Part shown: piece by piece, positions 1-12,869 of the stretch
Layout: each line of letters starts with the position of its first letter
Position numbering within the stretch: position 1 is the stretch's first letter
NCBI GenBank assembly: GCA_964016885.1
Contig: OZ024751.1
Coordinates: 41,230,001-41,294,000, forward strand
Direction: 5' to 3'
Source: Eledone cirrhosa
Taxonomy: Eukaryota
DNA: 64,000 nucleotides
Notes under the pieces: model-generated
What the model was told of the DNA's origin: nothing
What the model saw: the letters and a program-made list of their open reading frames with translations, nothing else
The model's database searches: none
Position numbers and translations under genes: made by a program

Positions 1-256
1 GAAGACTGTATTCAAAGACCCACACAGTCTTCCTTTTTATTATAGTTTCAGCAATTGAACCACTGCCATGCTGGAGCAATGCTTCCAATGTGGTTTTTTT
101 TTTTTTAGTCAATTATATTGAACCAAATAACACGTGGATTTCAAAATGGACCTGATGTAAAATGGCTGTACTGTATTTCGTCCGTTTTGATGTTGTCTTC
201 GTCCCCCGTTTTTGATGCATTGTATCATCTTAGCCCTGCAGAACAGTTTTTCATAT

Positions 257-326
<70 letters not shown>

Positions 327-464
327 ACACGTCTATGCTTTTCCCGCTTTCACCTCGGGTAGTTCACGTACAGGTCATTTTTCGGCCTTTCGAATCTGTG
401 CTAGCTGGCAGATAACAATATATTTTATCATTCCTGGGTCTTTAGCCCTAGGAAAGGAAAATGC

Positions 465-543
465 TTCTCTGATGAGCTTTGATTTTCCATTGGAAATCCA
501 TTGGATTTCTGGTGTTTTACAAAGCGAAACCGATCGGTAAGGG
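465..543 (+). ncRNA. Type I hammerhead ribozyme motif (family A)
   Basis: ttct-CTGATGA(469-475)-stem II gctttg...caaagc-GAAA(526-529)-palindromic stem III ccgatcgg-TA-aggg; stem I is short with G-U pairs. Confidence 0.75.
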
Positions 544-784
544 CCAAAAGAATAGGTAAATATTTAAATTATATTTTTTTTAATTTTGTTTTAAAAAATT
601 GGTTGAATTTTGCTTGTTCTGCTTATCTTAATATATATATATATATATGCAGAGGTTATATTTAATTTGTTGGGATTCAACAAGTTTAAACATTTTTATA
701 ACTGATATAAAGCACTCAACAAATTAGTGGAGTAAATATACAATATATCAACAAATGGAAACTATATTTATAAAACCATATTTA

Positions 785-846
785 TTTTATTATACATATT
801 TCAAGGGCCACCAAGGCAAATTATGGTGCGCTTTCATCAGATAAAA
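785..846 (-). ncRNA. Type I hammerhead ribozyme motif (family B, inverted copy)
   Basis: Reverse complement of the 956-1017 motif. Confidence 0.75.
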
Positions 847-955
847 TAGAATACAGATTTGTTTTATAAATAAATATTCAGGAAACTCCAACCGTTAAGG
901 TTGTCTTTTTTTCAGGGTATGTCAATATTTATTTATAAAACAAATCTGTATTGTA

Positions 956-1017
956 TTTTATCTGATGAAAGCGCACCATAATTTGCCTTGGTGGCCCTTG
1001 AAATATGTATAATAAAA
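956..1017 (+). ncRNA. Type I hammerhead ribozyme motif (family B)
   Basis: ttttat-CTGATGA-aagcgcacca...tggtggccctt-GAAA-ta tg ta-TA-ataaaa; stem I ttttat/ataaaa is perfect. Confidence 0.75.
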
Positions 1018-1057
1018 TAAATATGGTTTTATAAATATAGTTTCCATTTGTTAATAT

Positions 1058-1112
<55 letters not shown>

Positions 1113-1158
1113 GGTAAAAGCGAAGTAGTTTCAGATGTTCAAGTCCTTTAATAATAAT

Positions 1159-1232
1159 GCTGTGATATATATTTCAATGACGACACTGGCCACACTGTTC
1201 TGTGTGCGAGTGTCGTGACATCATCAGACAGC
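1159..1232 (-). ncRNA. Type I hammerhead ribozyme motif (family C)
   Basis: Minus strand reads gctgt-CTGATGA-..acgacact...agtgtcgt..-GAAA-tatata-TC-acagc; 5-bp stem I, 8-bp stem II core. Confidence 0.75.
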
Positions 1233-1435
1233 TTGTTACATAATAAGGTTATGTTTCCGAGGCAATCCAAGTTGAATCGACATGGGAACGGACGAAGTGT
1301 GTGCCTTTGGGTTCTTCATCCGTTCCCCTGTGAGCACCAAAATTCACCCCTACCGGTCTGCGCAGGCGCATGTCCGAAGGAAGTTGATATATATATATTA
1401 GAAAAGGGAAGTAAGGTTCTATACAAAACAGTGGA

Positions 1436-1632
1436 TATAGAGAAAAGGTGAATTGGAAATAGCACGGAAAATATATTTAAGGGTCTGTTTTTCTTTTTTT
1501 TTTATCCTTTCTTTGATTCGTCAAAGTGACATTATTGAAAAAATGAGAGGGACAATTCTTTTAAAAAAAGTATATAAAAACAGACCCTTAAATATATTTT
1601 TCGTGCTGTTTCCAATTTCACCTTTTCTATAT
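1436..1632. repeat. Inverted repeat between (TA) tracts, probable PLE terminus remnant
   Basis: gaaaaggtgaattggaaatagcacggaaaatatatttaagggtctgtttt at about 1440-1490 and its reverse complement at about 1577-1628. Confidence 0.5.
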
Positions 1633-2056
1633 ATATATTGGGTATGATTAGAAGTTGTAGCTGCCATATAGCAGGTACTATTCGAGTTGTTTGAAGCAAT
1701 CACAAAGCACTCAATGGAACGATAAGTTAATACATTATCGTCATATATATATATATAGTGTAGGTAGTGCGGTGAAATACTGGTGTCAAGCACTCTATGC
1801 ACAGGCAGAGTGTATATAATAGAAAAAACGAGTAAGTTTCGTTTACATATGAAAAATATTAATTGCGTATCGATTTTTTCTATTATATATGTGTGTGCGT
1901 GTGTGTGTGTGTATGTGTGTGTGCACGTGTGTGTGTGTGTTAGAAAGAGTCGGTACCCGACGGTTGAGCTCTACTATGCTAAATACCGAGTACTCTGTTG
2001 AATAATGGTCTTACTAGTGTATTACTGGTTTAATCCTTATATATATATATATATAT

Positions 2057-3301
2057 CGATGGGGGATCAAAAAGTTCGCGGAATTTTATCGTAGTAAGAA
2101 AAAAATAGGTTAAAACAATATGTCACAACATTGTCACTGGGTGTTTACCTTGCTATTAGTCACTTGTAGTCAGTCATGCGCGGACTATTGTATAGTACTG
2201 ACACGCTTTAAAAAAAACTCTTTTTGGAACAATGGAAAATAGTTATTTTGAGATAAGATCGAATATCAAGTTTCTGGTGAAACTCAAATGGAAAGGGACA
2301 CAGATTATGGAGACTTTAGTTAAAGTTTACGGTACTACTGCTCCAAAGAAAACTGCTGTCTACAAGTGGATTCATCGATTCAAACAAGGAAGAGACGACC
2401 TTGAAGACAACCATCGCAGTGGAAGACTAGGAACATCAAAAAATGACCAAACGTTGAGGTCTAGACATTTCATATGGTTCGGCAAATTCAATTCTGCACG
2501 ATAATTTGGGACTAAGCAAGCTTTCAGTGCGATGGGTCCCAAAAGCGTTGCGCCCTGATCAGCTGATTCTTCGAAGTGATCTGTCTTTGGCGATATTAAA
2601 CAAAATTGAAGTTGATGAAGAGCATTTCCTGACCAGAATCATCACCGGAGATGAAACCTGGATCTACCAGTATGATCCTGAATCCAAACAGCAGTCAAAA
2701 CAGTGGCTTCCACGTGGATCATCGGGGGCCAATCAAGTTCAAATCTCAAAAGTCGGATAAAAAAGTGATGGCCACCATTTTCTGGGATTCAGATGGGGTG
2801 ATACTAATAGGTTATCTTGAAGGTCAAAGAACTGACAAGAGCTTACTATGCAAATGTTTTAAGGAAACTGAAAGAGGCATTAGTCAAGAAACGAAAAGGG
2901 AAACTTCATGGTGGGATCTTGTTTGACCATGACAATGCACCAGCGCATTCTGCGTGGGTTGCAAAAGAAGTTCTTCGAGAATTTCGATGGGAAGTGCTTC
3001 CTCACTCGCCTTATAGTCCAGATTTAGCCCCATCAGATTTTTTCCTCTTTCCAAAACTCAAAGAAATGCTAAAAGGAACCCGTTTTAGTGGTGTTGAAGA
3101 AGCTAAAAACACTGCCAACATATGGCTTCGAACAAGGCCTTCAACTTTCTTTAGAGACGGCTGACAGAGTTGGAAGCATCGCTTTGTGAAGTGTATTGAC
3201 CTGGATGGCAACTATGTAGAAAAATAAATTGAAGGTAAATCATATTTTTTGAAAAATAGAATATTTTCTGAAAAATTCCGCGAACTTTTTGATCCCCCCT
3301 C

Positions 3302-3302
<1 letters not shown>
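2057..3302 (+). mobile_element. Mariner (Tc1/mariner, DD34D) transposon, full length, degenerate
   Basis: About 30-bp TIRs (gggggatcaaaaagttcgcggaatttt at 2061-2087 and the reverse complement at about 3272-3302); inserted in a (TA)n tract; about 1.25 kb. Confidence 0.95.
2232..3227 (+). pseudogene. Mariner transposase pseudogene
   Basis: Fragments in several frames carry the HTH N-terminus, WVPKAL, TGDETW, HDNA, YSPDLAPSDF and the terminal DGNYVEK*; several frameshifts, an internal deletion and a premature stop at 3162-3164. Confidence 0.93.
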
Positions 3303-3341
<39 letters not shown>

Positions 3342-3465
3342 CAAGGGTAAGAAATTGTCTAGACAAATGTATTCACATAATATGCGTGTTTGTACAATTA
3401 TATAGGCGTAATGACATAAGAATATCTGAGAGTAAAGTTGTTAGAAGATCGATTCTTACCATCCA

Positions 3466-3518
<53 letters not shown>

Positions 3519-3641
3519 ATATATATATATATATATAGTAATAATAATAAAATTGAAGACTAAAATCCAAAGAGGGCTCGATAAGGAAAATATATATATA
3601 TATATATTATTTTGAAACTTTTTCTTATTTGCTAAACCTTG

Positions 3642-3747
<106 letters not shown>

Positions 3748-3799
3748 CATAGATGCATTGCTAAAGAAAAATTGGATAGCAAGTGAAAGAACTTACTTA

Positions 3800-3958
3800 A
3801 ATATGAAATGACCAAATGAGGTTTATTTTCCAACATAGTCTCTGGAAAGAAACAATGCAGTTATTAATAAGAAGAGTTGAAATTAATACATGCAAGATTT
3901 CACAGCCATAGCATCAATCCTTCATAGTCAGCCTATGAACTTTTCAGCTGAGCCTCAT
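3800..3958 (+). mobile_element. Mariner-type MITE, partial copy
   Basis: Aligns by eye to 14961-15175 (aatgaccaaat...caacatagtc...atgaacttttcagc). Confidence 0.65.
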
Positions 3959-4180
3959 ATTAACAGACTTTGTACCGAGACCACCTTACTGTTTCTAGAA
4001 GAAATTTTAAACCTTGAAAACAGTGAAACATATAATTCCTTGTAACCTGAACTTACAGACCTTCCATAGTTATGGTATACTCGTATGGTAGATGTAAGTT
4101 AGAGTCCCACAGGTGGCGCTGTCCTCTTTTTCTCCGTCCCCGGGGGGGGGGGTTAGATGTCCTGCATGCTTCATTATTTA

Positions 4181-4355
4181 TAATCGGTAGAGGGTCGGAT
4201 GCCATGCTTTGCAGTATAGAGTTATGCCCCTTTATGGTCTGAGTTCAAATCCCGCCGAGGTTAACTTTGCCTTTCATCCTTACGGGGTCGATAAAATAAA
4301 GTACCAGTAATGCACTGAGATAATTGCTGGCCTTGTGCCAAAAATAGAAACAGTT
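4181..4355 (+). mobile_element. tRNA-derived SINE, family 1
   Basis: Consensus tcggtagagggtcggacgccatgc...gagttcaaatcccgccgaggttaactttgcctttcatcc...ggccttgtgccaaaa with B-box GTTCAAATCC. Confidence 0.85.
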
Positions 4356-4629
4356 ATTTCTATAGTCAGAAACAGAAACACGTGCGGTGAAGCATTATCT
4401 TTACTTTAAAGTTCGTAACTCACCCAGGGCTTCTAAAACATAGATTGTTTAATGTAAAACATGTTAAAAACAAGAGCAAACATGCGCATCATCAGGATTT
4501 AGTGCTTTGAGCGTGGGGATTAGAGTTGGGGTGAGGGTGGGTATTGAGGTGGGGGTTGGTGTGGGAGATTCTGAATATTCTGAATGGGAACTTTAATCCG
4601 CAATAATTTGAAGGCAGAGTTTCAGAATA

Positions 4630-4810
4630 ATAGTTTCTATTTTTGGCACAAGGCCAGCAATTATCCCAGTGCATTACTGGTACTTTATTTCATCGACCCC
4701 GTAAGGATGAAAGGCAAAGTTAACCTTAGCGGTATTTAAACTCATAACGTAAAGGGCCATAACTCCATGCTGTAAAGCATGGTGTCTGAAGCTCTACCCA
4801 TAGTGCCAAA
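4630..4810 (-). mobile_element. tRNA-derived SINE, family 1
   Basis: Reverse complement of the family 1 consensus. Confidence 0.8.
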
Positions 4811-5159
4811 ATAAGAATATCTCCGTAAATTTATCTGAATCTGGGGGGGGGGGTGCACTATTGAAAAGTAGAGAGTTTATACAGAGTACCAGATCTGCAG
4901 CAAAGTCCCAACCATTTACAGTTGAATTTCTTAAATATAATCACAAATTCTATTCTGCTGGCCTCTTCCCTCCTAGTTTGTGAAATACTCAAGCACGTGT
5001 TATCTAGTTCGAGTCAACAAACAGTCAAGGGTTTGGGTTATTGACACAGGGCAGTCACCGAGACGAGATATAGACTATAGGAGATGAGTATGGAATATTC
5101 CTCAGGCCTGATCTTAGCTTATGGAATACTTAAGCACGTGCTATCTAGTTCGGGTTAAC

Positions 5160-6030
5160 AAACAGTCAAGGGTTTGGGGTTATTGACATAGGGCAGTGAC
5201 CAAACAGTGAAGGGTTTAGGATATTGACGCAGGGTAGTGACCACACAGTTGAGGTTTTGGGTATGTGACATAGGGAAGTGACTACACAGTTAAGGTTTTG
5301 GGTATGTGACATAGGGAAGTGACCACACAGTTGAGGTTTTGGGTATGTGACATAGGGAAGTGACCACACAGTTGAGGTTTTGGGTATGTGACATAGGGAA
5401 GTGACCACACAGTTGAGGTTTTGGGTATGTGACATAGGGAAGTGACCACACAGTTGAGGTTTTGGGTATGTGACATAGGGAAGTGACCACACAGTTAAGG
5501 TTTGGGGTATTTGACATAGGGAAGTGACCACACAGTTGAGGTTTTGGGTATGTGACATAGGGAAGTGACCACACAGTTGAGATTTTGGGTATGTGACATA
5601 GGGAAGTGACCACACAGTTAAGGTTTGGGGTATTTGACATAGGGAAGTGACCACACAGTTGAGGTTTTGGGTATGTGACATAGGGAAGTGACCACACAGT
5701 TAAGGTTTGGGGTATTTGACATAGGGAAGTGACCACACAGTTGAGGTTTTGGGTATGTGACATAGGGAAGTGACCACACAGTTGAGATTTTGGGTATGTG
5801 ACATAGGGAAGTGACCACACAGTTAAGGTTTGGGGTATTTGACATAGGGAAGTGACCACACAGTTGAGGTTTTGGGTATGTGACATAGGGAAGTGACCAC
5901 ACAGTGAAGGGTTTAGGATATTGACACAGGGTAGTGACCACACAGTTGAGGTTTTGGGTATTTGACACAGGGAAGGCACCACACAGTTGAGGTTTTGGGT
6001 ATTTGACACAGGGTAGTGACCGAGACGGGA
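5160..6030. repeat. 41-bp minisatellite, about 21 copies
   Basis: Unit gacatagggaagtgaccacacagttgaggttttgggtatgt with periodic variants. Confidence 0.95.
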
Positions 6031-6567
6031 TATAAACCATCGACACTTTCATCATCAGACTGACACTCAAGTGACTCGACTAGTCGTGTAACCCATGGGT
6101 GTAGGAGACCCTGTGTATGTGTTTGTATTTCCGTGTGTGTCTCTGTGTGTGTGTGTGCGTGCCTCTCTTCGTGTGTGCCTGTGTGTCTGTCTTTTTGTGT
6201 ATGTGAGTATTTGTGTGTCTGTCTTTCTCTGTGTGTCTGTGTGTGTGTACGTGCGTGTGCCTCTCTCGGTATGCCTCTGTATATGTGTGCCACTCTCTCT
6301 GTATGTATGTGTGTGTATGTGTATATATGTGTGTGTGTGTGTGTGTGTATGCGTGTGTGCCTCTCTGTGTGTGTATGTATGTGTGTGTTTACTATCGTGA
6401 AACCACATGTACTTGTGTGGAAGAGAAGGCGTGGTAACTGGAGTAACAAAATGCCGGATGCAAGATCGGATGCTGCCAACGTTGTTAACGTGAGTTATTT
6501 TGAAGAACACTGCTTAATAATACTTCACACTTTACTGTCAATATGATGTCCTACTTATGAGTGTCAA

Positions 6568-7482
6568 GAAACTTAGGAGATCTTTAGACGATGGGGGTCA
6601 AGGTATTCCATCAGAGAGGTAAACAGTCCATAATGAACTGCTCCTTTCAAATAGAAACTTAGATCTTTAGACGATGGGGGTCAAGGTATTCCATCAGAGA
6701 GGTAAACAGTCCATAATGAACTGCTCCTTTCAAATAGAAACTTAGATCTTTAGACGATGGGGGTCAAGGTATTCCATCAGAGAGGTAAACAGTCCATAAT
6801 GAACTGCTCCTTTCAAATAGAAACTTAGATCTTTAGACGATGGGGGTCAAGGTATTCCATCAGAGAGGTAAACAGTCCATAATGAACTGCTCCTTTCAAA
6901 TAGAAACTTAGATCTTTAGACGATGGGGGTCAAGGTATTCCATCAGAGAGGTAAACAGTCCATAATGAACTGCTCCTTTCAAATAGAAACTTAGATCTTT
7001 AGACGATGGGGGTCAAGGTATTCCATCAGAGAGGTAAACAGTCCATAATGAACTGCTCCTTTCAAATAGAAACTTAGATCTTTAGACGATGGGGGTCAAG
7101 GTATTCCATCAGAGAGGTAAACAGTCCATAATGAACTGCTCCTTTCAAATAGAAACTTAGATCTTTAGACGATGGGGGTCAAGGTATTCCATCAGAGAGG
7201 TAAACAGTCCATAATGAACTGCTCCTTTCAAATAGAAACTTAGATCTTTAGACGATGGGGGTCAAGGTATTCCATCAGAGAGGTAAACAGTCCATAATGA
7301 ACTGCTCCTTTCAAATAGAAACTTAGATCTTTAGACGATGGGGGTCAAGGTACTCCATCAGAGAGGTAAACAGTCCATAATGAACTGCTCCTTCCAAATA
7401 GAAACTTAGATCTTTAGACGATGGAAGTTAAGGAATTCCATCAGAGACGTTAACAGTCCATAATGAACTGCTCTTTTCAAAT
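6568..7482. repeat. 83-bp tandem repeat, about 11 near-identical copies
   Basis: Unit aaacttagatctttagacgatgggggtcaaggtattccatcagagaggtaaacagtccataatgaactgctcctttcaaatag. Confidence 0.95.
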
Positions 7483-7650
7483 ACCACCATATACTCAACA
7501 GGATCATCCTAGGATACCTGTCACCCCACGTCCGCAGGGCAGCTCTATCAATCACCACGACTAAGCCACTAGCAACGGCGTTGATGTTTTGGCGTGGCCT
7601 GATCTTTTTTTGGTAGCGGTTCCAAATATCATTATCATTATTTTTTTACA

Positions 7651-7845
7651 TGGTTGGTGGATTGGCAGTATCGGTAGAGGTTCGGAAGCCATGCTTTGTA
7701 GCATAGAGTTACGGCCCTTTACGGCCTGAGTTCAAATCCCGCCGAGGTTAACTTTGCCTTTCATCCTTACGGGGTCGATAAAATAAAGTACCAGTAATGT
7801 ACTGGGGTAATTGCTGGCCTTGTGCCAAAAGTAGAAACACTTATT
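7651..7845 (+). mobile_element. tRNA-derived SINE, family 1, full length
   Basis: tggattggcagtatcggtagag (A-box-like)...gagttcaaatcc (B-box)...gtagaaac followed by an (att)n tail. Confidence 0.88.
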
Positions 7846-8679
7846 ATTATTTACATGATCTACTACCTACTTCCCTCGTCGCTATTTCTTCTATTTATAT
7901 ATACCTTAACATGTTTTGTAATTCTTTTGTCTGAGATGTATTGTCTTTTCTCGTATGAGGTCTTTGTGGCCAATAAAAAAAAAAAAAAAGGAAAAAAACG
8001 AATAAATAAATAATTATCATTATCATAATCATCATCATTATTTATGCAAAGATTTCCTGTGTGACGTCAAAACGTCATTCAACCTCTTTCAGAGTTCAGC
8101 AGTCATCCTGTTAAGAAACATCCGCTAGTGTGCATCGAAACAACTTCATTTTCAATGAGGAAAAAAAAAGTGTTTCGAGGCGAGTGAAGTAGAGAAATGG
8201 ACGAGAAAGAAATGAATACAAAAAAAAAAAAAAATAATAATAATGATAATAATAATAATAATAAAAAGCCTTGGTAGTTATATATAGAAAGATTTAAAAA
8301 ATGTGGGAGGGGTAGAAACTAAAAGTAGAGATTTGTGGACAATTATTAGGTTTTATTTTTTAAAAATATATATCTTCTCTGTTTTATGATATAAATAGAA
8401 TACAAATCTTTCTCTCTTCCGCCTCCTCTCTCTCCCTCTCTCCCCCCCTCCCCCTCCCCTATCTCTCTCGAGTTGTTTCCTGATTAGAGTATAGAGGTGT
8501 TACCAGAAGGTCTTACATGAGAAGTACAAAGTCACGAACTGAGCCAAATGTGAAATTAGAAACCAGTGGTAGCAACTAAACTGTATTGAAGTTCATCATA
8601 CGATAATGTTCCGGCTCTATATATAACACAGAGTACTCTGGTGCCTTTATCTGTCCTATAGAATCACTTAACACACACA

Positions 8680-8809
<130 letters not shown>

Positions 8810-9043
8810 TTAGAAACACACAGATACATGCGGACACACACATATATACATGAATGCATCCGCACCCAACTGTGAGTTAAGGGTGCCAACTTCACCGATG
8901 TTGCTCAATGAATGACTGGGACAGACCAATTCAGTTTGAACCAGACTGAACCAGTATCAGAGTTAAAAATACATTATGAAGAGAGAAGAAACATTTAGAT
9001 ATAATTAGTAATAAAATGTATCATACCTAAACTGTTCCTAAAT

Positions 9044-9131
9044 TCCTCGACTACGTAGTTTCGTGGCATAAACAAAAACAATATATCAAAGATATAGAGT
9101 CCTTGCGAGGTCTGCCGACTTATCAAGAGGA
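9044..9131 (-). ncRNA. Type I hammerhead ribozyme, U3-A8 core variant (family D)
   Basis: Minus strand tcctc-TTGATAA-gtcggca...tgccac-GAAA-ctacgtag-TC-gagga. Confidence 0.8.
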
Positions 9132-9634
9132 TACCTCATTTTACTAGTCTCAAGAACGCGTCTACACGACGTGAGAAAGAATCCCAAAAGGCGGAGGGGG
9201 AGATAGTCACGCGATATAACGGTCGAGAAACAGAGCTAAGCCTCTTATAACCACGAAAAAAATACCACGGAGGCGGAGGGGACATTCATATCGAGGCCGT
9301 AGAAGAGGTAGTGAAGAAGGCGAGAAGTATGAGTAATGGAAGCTTTCCAGTTGTCCCCACACTTCAAAGATTGCTCGACCAGAGGGAGTTATTAATACAT
9401 TTAGAAACACACAGATACATGCGGACACACACATATATACATGAATGCATCCGCACCCAACTGTGAGTTAAGGGTGCCAACTTCACCGATGTTGCTCAAT
9501 GAATGACTGGGACAGACCAATTCAGTTTGAACCAGACTGAACCAGTATCAGAGTTAAAAATACATTATGAAGAGAGAAGAAACATTTAGATATAATTAGT
9601 AATAAAATGTATCATACCTAAACTGTTCCTAAAT

Positions 9635-9722
9635 TCCTCGACTACGTAGTTTCGTGGCATAAACAAAAACAATATATCAAAGATATAGAGTCCTTGCGAG
9701 GTCTGCCGACTTATCAAGAGGA
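9635..9722 (-). ncRNA. Type I hammerhead ribozyme, U3-A8 variant (family D)
   Basis: Same motif as 9044-9131, one 591-bp unit further. Confidence 0.8.
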
Positions 9723-10225
9723 TACCTCATTTTACTAGTCTCAAGAACGCGTCTACACGACGTGAGAAAGAATCCCAAAAGGCGGAGGGGGAGATAGTCA
9801 CGCGATATAACGGTCGAGAAACAGAGCTAAGCCTCTTATAACCACGAAAAAAATACCACGGAGGCGGAGGGGGCATTCATATCGAGGCCGTAGAAGAGGT
9901 AGTGAAGAAGGCGAGAAGTATGAGTAATGGAAGCTTTCCAGTTGTCCCCACACTTCAAAGATTGCTCGACCAGAGGGAGTTATTAATACATTTAGAAACA
10001 CACAGATACATGCGGACACACACATATATACATGAATGCATCCGCACCCAACTGTGAGTTAAGGGTGCCAACTTCACCGATGTTGCTCAATGAATGACTG
10101 GGACAGACCAATTCAGTTTGAACCAGACTGAACCAGTATCAGAGTTAAAAATACATTATGAAGAGAGAAGAAACATTTAGATATAATTAGTAATAAAATG
10201 TATCATACCTAAACTGTTCCTAAAT

Positions 10226-10313
10226 TCCTCGACTACGTAGTTTCGTGGCATAAACAAAAACAATATATCAAAGATATAGAGTCCTTGCGAGGTCTGCCGA
10301 CTTATCAAGAGGA
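10226..10313 (-). ncRNA. Type I hammerhead ribozyme, U3-A8 variant (family D)
   Basis: Same motif in the third unit. Confidence 0.8.
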
Positions 10314-10518
10314 TACCTCATTTTACTAGTCTCAAGAACGCGTCTACACGACGTGAGAAAGAATCCCAAAAGGCGGAGGGGGAGATAGTCACGCGATATA
10401 ACGGTCGAGAAACAGAGCTAAGCCTCTTATAACCACGAAAAAAATACCACGGAGGCGGAGGGGGCATTCATATCGAGGCCGTAGAAGAGGTAGTGAAGAA
10501 GGCGAGAAGTATGAGGTA

Positions 10519-10606
10519 TCCTCTTGATAAGTCGGCAGACCTCGCAAGGACTCTATATCTTTGATATATTGTTTTTGTTTATGCCACGAAACTACGTAGT
10601 CGAGGA
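10519..10606 (+). ncRNA. Type I hammerhead ribozyme, U3-A8 variant (family D, inverted end)
   Basis: tcctc(10519-23) ttgataa(10524-30) gtcggca...tgccac gaaa(10588-91) ctacgtag tc gagga(10602-06); predicted cleavage after 10601. Confidence 0.8.
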
Positions 10607-10675
10607 ATTTAGGAACAGTTTAGGTATGATACATTTTATTACTAATTATATCTAAATGTTTCTTCTCTCTTCATA

Positions 10676-10724
<49 letters not shown>

Positions 10725-10729
<5 letters not shown>

Positions 10730-11045
10730 AATGAATAATAACAGATAATTTATTCCGAGTGTTTACAAATGTTTCAACAGTAGTTATACAGCCTAGTCAT
10801 GCTATGTGCAAATTGATAATTATTTGATTGCAGAAACTCAATTTTCAAATGCTGCGACTACCATTTCCTCAGAGCAGGTCTGAGGAAATAGTAGTCGCAG
10901 TATTTGAAAATTGAGTTTCTGCAATCAAATAATTATCAATTTGCACATAGCATGACTAGGCTGTATAACTACTGTTGAAACATTTGTAAACACTCGGAAT
11001 AAATTACCTTTTTATGATGTCTACCTGTTATTATTCATTCTTTAT
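10725..11045. mobile_element. PLE-like inverted terminus with degenerate hammerhead-like core
   Basis: About 10748-10872 is inverted at about 10880-11005; core CTGAGGA-aata..tattt-GAAA is present but stems I and III are unclear. Confidence 0.55.
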
Positions 11046-11198
11046 CTACACTCCGGAATACAGAAGGATCAGAAACTGAGTTTTTCCGACTATTCTTCCA
11101 TAACTCGTTGAGTAACCCCTCACCGTACGTCAACTCTATCTAGTGTAGTAATTAACCATTACTGCGTTCAGGATAACCCTAATCATTTCTTGCATAAC

Positions 11199-11269
<71 letters not shown>

Positions 11270-11336
11270 AAGGTTTAGCAAATAATGAAAAAGTTTCAAA
11301 ATAAATTTTAAAAAATTGACTTTACCTACTATAGTT

Positions 11337-11420
11337 ACCTTTACCGATCGGTTTCGAATCCCAAAAATAAAACGGAGACCATATGGCCTTCGTTACAAAG
11401 AAAGATTCTCGTCAGAAGGT
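11337..11420 (-). ncRNA. Type I hammerhead ribozyme motif (family A)
   Basis: Minus strand acctt-CTGACGA-gaatc...gattc-GAAA-ccgatcgg-TA-aaggt; all three stems are perfect. Confidence 0.85.
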
Positions 11421-11434
11421 TCTTTTCATTCAAA

Positions 11435-11497
<63 letters not shown>

Positions 11498-11602
11498 ATG
11501 ATGAATTTCAACACAGTTTAATTGCTACTATAGGTTTCTAATTTCACATTTGGCTCAGTTCGTGCCTTTGTACTTCTCAAGCCAGACCTTCGTCAAACGT
11601 TA

Positions 11603-11715
<113 letters not shown>

Positions 11716-12043
11716 ATGTATAAGAAGATGTGGAAAGGGTGTTAAAGAAAAAGGGACAAAGATTTAAGACCGTGGGGTTCAAAAGTTTGCCGGGAGAAGA
11801 TGGATTGCTTTTCTCTGCGTAGATATTAAATTTTCATAAGGAAATATTTGAAGCTTCACCATATATCTGTACATGTGTACGAATGAAGGTATGTATACCC
11901 GTGTGTGTTCGGTGAACCGGTATGAAGAGCTAAACTGTAGAAAAACGGAGAAATCCTGGCTGGAATGAAAGGGGTTTAAATATATTTCTTTATCAAAGCA
12001 ATCACCCTTCATAATAGTTCTGTCTGCTTAACGTGCTTATTTA

Positions 12044-12110
12044 ATGGTCGGTTATGATCTAATTTTATGTTTAAAATATTTAGATTTTAAAGATGGCGCC
12101 GAGAAACTTG
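12044..12110 (+). CDS. Candidate upstream coding exon of the D8C-domain gene (uncertain)
   Basis: Strong donor G|gtaagt at 12110/12111; ATG 12044 gives MVGYDLILCLKYLDFKDGAEKL-G in phase 1, compatible with exon 16267, but it is not a convincing signal peptide. Confidence 0.3.
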
Positions 12111-12410
12111 GTAAGTTTATTTCCTATAATTCAGATTGTGGTTTATTTCCTGTCAGTAATTGTATTGCTGTATCCTATAATCTCCCTACACTTCCTTCTT
12201 CCTTAAAGTAACAGAGTTATTTTTCTTTCGTGGGCAAAAGTAATTAATATTCAGTATTGAATGAAATATAAAAAGAAAGATACGTAGTTATCTGCAGACG
12301 ACTTCTGAATTAAATTTATATATCATTATCCGCCTTTTTTCTTTAAATTTTACTTGGTTATATTCTACCATTTGAAAGACTTTTATCATATATATATATG
12401 ATAATTTATC

Positions 12411-12480
<70 letters not shown>

Positions 12481-12561
12481 GTTATTCCGGGTTGAATCGG
12501 AGGTAACCACAGTAAGTAAGGTACTCAATACATTGCAGAGTATAAAAGTTTTAAAATAGAT

Positions 12562-12614
12562 GAGATTCTACAGGACTAGAACTGTTTCATTCTTTAGAAA
12601 TCATCAGGAATCTC
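12562..12614 (-). ncRNA. Type I hammerhead ribozyme motif (family E)
   Basis: Minus strand gagattc-CTGATGA-tttc taaa gaat-GAAA-cag ttctagtc ctg-TA-gaatctc; 7-bp stem I; a truncated + strand copy follows at 12615-12646. Confidence 0.85.
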
Positions 12615-12831
12615 CTGATGATTTCTAAAGAATGAAACAGTTCTAGAAAAAACGAGATGTCCTATACAGGTGAAAGTATAAGGAAAAGAAATCGAAAAAT
12701 GTAACATGTCAAATGTAACTCAATTTTACTTTTGAAAAGCATAAGAACTGTGAAACCGATAAAGGAAATGAATAAATATTCTTAAAAAGACTCCGGTTAC
12801 ATTTTCGATTTCTTTTCCTTATATATATATA

Positions 12832-12869
<38 letters not shown>

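Larger units (their letters stand above)
650..1063. mobile_element. Penelope-like (PLE) terminal fragment with long inverted repeat, inserted in (TA)n
   Basis: About 740-878 is the reverse complement of about 923-1063; each arm holds a hammerhead; flanked by (TA)n; homologous copy at about 28430-28822. Confidence 0.7.

Noticed and set aside
5166-6546. Cys/Thr/His-rich ORFs
   Set aside because: Translations of the 41-bp minisatellite and (TG)n repeats
6568-7482. Hammerhead in the 83-bp repeat (minus strand ctgatgg...gaaa)
   Set aside because: The core has G at the invariant A9 position, and no stem I or III can be formed
9207-10025. Repeated 75-aa ORF in the 591-bp unit
   Set aside because: No recognisable domain, and it is incomplete in other copies; the conserved feature is the RNA structure
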